The notes under the pieces are model-generated. The model saw only the letters and a list, made by a program, of their open reading frames with translations. It had not been told where the DNA came from and searched no databases. The translations under genes and the position numbers were made by a program. A DNA stretch of 64,000 nt from Clostridia bacterium (GTDB lineage: Bacteria; Bacillota; Clostridia; Oscillospirales; CAG-272). The DNA lies in the NCBI GenBank assembly GCA_017481595.1, contig JAFUOY010000014.1, positions 64,569 through 128,568 of the forward strand, written 5' to 3'. Below are positions 62,188 through 64,000 of the stretch, piece after piece; position 1 is the first letter of the stretch, and each line of letters opens with the position of its first letter.

Positions 62188-64000
62188 TTGGATTCTCCTT
62201 CCTGCAAAAGTAAATCAAGGCTTGCAACCTTTTCATTATTGAGATAAAGATCCGCTGCGTAGTATTCGGGGCGTTCAACATCCTCAAAATTGAATCCACC
62301 GCCTCCGCCATCCATAGTCAGAGTCGGTCCCCAATCGGGATAAAGCTTCATACTTACGCATTGCTCTCCCGTAGTGGAGCTTGTGGTTTTATGGTCTCCC
62401 GATGGAACCATTAAGTTATCAGGGCGCATTTCGCCTTTGAAAACGGGCGCAAATGAAAGACCGATGTGCGTTATATTATTCATCTCAGATTCGTCTCCAA
62501 GATAGGTACAGATAGAATAATTACTTCTGTTTGCCTCGCTAAATTCCGCGTTTGGCTTGAGTGTAAGATCGTAATTTGAGCTTACTCCAAACAGAAAATC
62601 ATTATTTAGATTTCTTTTGTTATCTACGATATGTACGGTTTGGTAAGTTACCTCAATTTTTATATCGTTTGCTTCTCCAACATAAGTAATAAATGGCAAG
62701 TCAATGCATCCCCAAGCCGTTGTTTGAGTTCTTATTTCCTTATACTTAAAGTCCTCAAGAGGGGTAACTACCCATCTTCCGTTTTCCTTCTCCACGCGGA
62801 GATCTTGTGTGGCAAGGTACATCATATTTACTTCCCCTGCTTCTCCGTTTGGCGGATAGGCAAGCTTTACAACAAGCAAGCCCTCGTAGGTATTTTTGTC
62901 AATTTCCACCAAATTATAAATATAATAACCGCCTTGAGGGTCTGCCCACTCGTTAAGTCCGGGATTCCACATTATCCCTTCTTTATTATTTTCGCGTATT
63001 GTATCAAGTATGTCCCTTTGAATATTTTCGGGAGCGCACATTGCTCTGTAGTATCCGTTTCTGTCAAGGATCGATTTTGCATAGGTATCAAATGCTCCCG
63101 CCATTGTCGTACAGGGTATGCTTCTTGCGTAAGCCAGATCAAAATTTACGTTTGCGCCAAAGTCCCGTACTGTGGATGCCTGCGCTCCCATTGTAAGTGG
63201 CAACGCCATAAGTATAAGAATACAAATTGACACAAGCCCCATACCCTGCGGATATTTTTTAAAGCGCGCTATATTCTCTATTCTGTCCTTTATATTTCTT
63301 CCACCATTGTTTATACTCGTGCTGCCGGGAGTTTTTGAAAACCCCTCGCTAACCATTGAAAGAAGGATCTTACCGTACTCACGGCGCTCCTCACCTTCAA
63401 GTGATTCAAGCACGTATTGGTCACAACGGGATTCCATATCGTTAAGGGCTTTGTCTGCACAATATACTATCAAGGGATTGCACCAATGAAAGCACTTGAG
63501 CAGGCATATAACTACGCTCCATACGGTGTCCTTATTTTTTAAATGAAAAAGCTCGTGCAGAATTATCTTTTCATTTAAGTCTTTTCCCTTGGGAACAACC
63601 AAAACAGAGCGAAATACTCCGAATACAAAGGCGCTTGGAAGTCCGTCTACCTCCGTTACCCTGCGTATTTTTACGTTATGCAGTTCGGCTATTTCATTTA
63701 TTTTTGAAAGCCTTTCTCCGCTTACCTCGTTTCCGCATTTCAAGATCCGTTCTAATCTGTAATAGGAAATGAGATATTTAAAAAGAAGAAGTATAATTCC
63801 AAGGACGTATATTACAAATAACCAGTCCCCAACGCTTGTCGGCATTGACGTGATCATGGGAATAGGGAAATAAACTCTTGTAAAGGAATAATCTCCAAAC
63901 AAGGATTTTATCATTTCTATAACTATCTGCCAACGGAACAAGGTATATCTTCCAAAAAGTCCTGCAGGAATTAGCATAATTAAGCCAAGCACGCCCCATA
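62184..64000 (-). CDS. BlaR1/MecR1-like M56 metallopeptidase signal transducer with a non-PBP extracellular domain (N-terminus probably beyond the window)
   Basis: HELFHLKNKD (HExxH) follows N-terminal TM segments, as in M56. The roughly 350-aa C-terminal domain has no SxxK/KTG motifs. The frame stays open to the window edge. Confidence 0.7.
   Translation of the reverse strand, partial: WGVLGLIMLIPAGLFGRYTLFRWQIVIEMIKSLFGDYSFTRVYFPIPMITSMPTSVGDWLFVIYVLGIILLLFKYLISYYRLERILKCGNEVSGERLSKINEIAELHNVKIRRVTEVDGLPSAFVFGVFRSVLVVPKGKDLNEKIILHELFHLKNKDTVWSVVICLLKCFHWCNPLIVYCADKALNDMESRCDQYVLESLEGEERREYGKILLSMVSEGFSKTPGSTSINNGGRNIKDRIENIARFKKYPQGMGLVSICILILMALPLTMGAQASTVRDFGANVNFDLAYARSIPCTTMAGAFDTYAKSILDRNGYYRAMCAPENIQRDILDTIRENNKEGIMWNPGLNEWADPQGGYYIYNLVEIDKNTYEGLLVVKLAYPPNGEAGEVNMMYLATQDLRVEKENGRWVVTPLEDFKYKEIRTQTTAWGCIDLPFITYVGEANDIKIEVTYQTVHIVDNKRNLNNDFLFGVSSNYDLTLKPNAEFSEANRSNYSICTYLGDESEMNNITHIGLSFAPVFKGEMRPDNLMVPSGDHKTTSSTTGEQCVSMKLYPDWGPTLTMDGGGGGFNFEDVERPEYYAADLYLNNEKVASLDLLLQEGESK

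Noticed and set aside
1-64000. tRNA, rRNA, tmRNA, RNase P, SRP RNA, integrase/transposase and prophage genes.
   Set aside because: Reading the intergenic regions revealed no cloverleaf-like GTTCGAATC-type T-arms and none of the conserved cores of these RNAs. No ORF translation shows recombinase, transposase or phage structural motifs.

Overview
The window holds about 57 protein-coding genes and looks like chromosomal DNA from a spore-forming, moderately low-GC Firmicute, probably a member of the Clostridia. Supporting this are gpr, ytfJ/gerW, a dacB-type PBP, an SLH-domain wall protein, and the lon-engB and scpA-scpB-ytfI-ytfJ-dac-rluB gene orders shared with Bacillus. Most content is housekeeping: rlmB, lon, engB, scpAB, rluB, folC, thrS, dapA-dapB-lysA, glmS, lgt, glgB and uxuA. 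There are also carbohydrate and amino-sugar genes: a GH29 fucosidase, a sialate O-acetylesterase-like protein, a CE4 deacetylase, a NahK-like kinase and a CapD-like dehydratase.

Three cis-regulatory RNAs can be read directly from the sequence:
- a THF riboswitch ahead of folT-folC;
- a lysine riboswitch ahead of dapA-dapB-lysA;
- a threonine (ACC) T-box ahead of thrS.

Many near-consensus sigma-A promoters (TTGACA-17-TGnTATAAT) and hairpin terminators delimit the operons. I saw no rRNA, tRNA, CRISPR array, transposase, integrase or phage genes.

The most interesting parts are:
1. 52.2-59.5 kb. A 540-aa ECF-like sigma factor is fused to a large unassigned cytoplasmic domain. It is translationally coupled to an 83-aa coiled-coil/beta-helix mini-protein. 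Next come a compositionally foreign (about 25% GC) ABC exporter pair and a tandemly duplicated, mosaic membrane-protein unit.
2. A GC-rich, apparently structured leader upstream of glmS that lacks the canonical glmS ribozyme core.
3. A membrane protein that follows the P1B-type ATPase layout with degenerate catalytic motifs. It is translationally coupled to rlmB and to a radical-SAM pair of unknown function.

All functional calls come from my own motif and family recognition. No database search was run.
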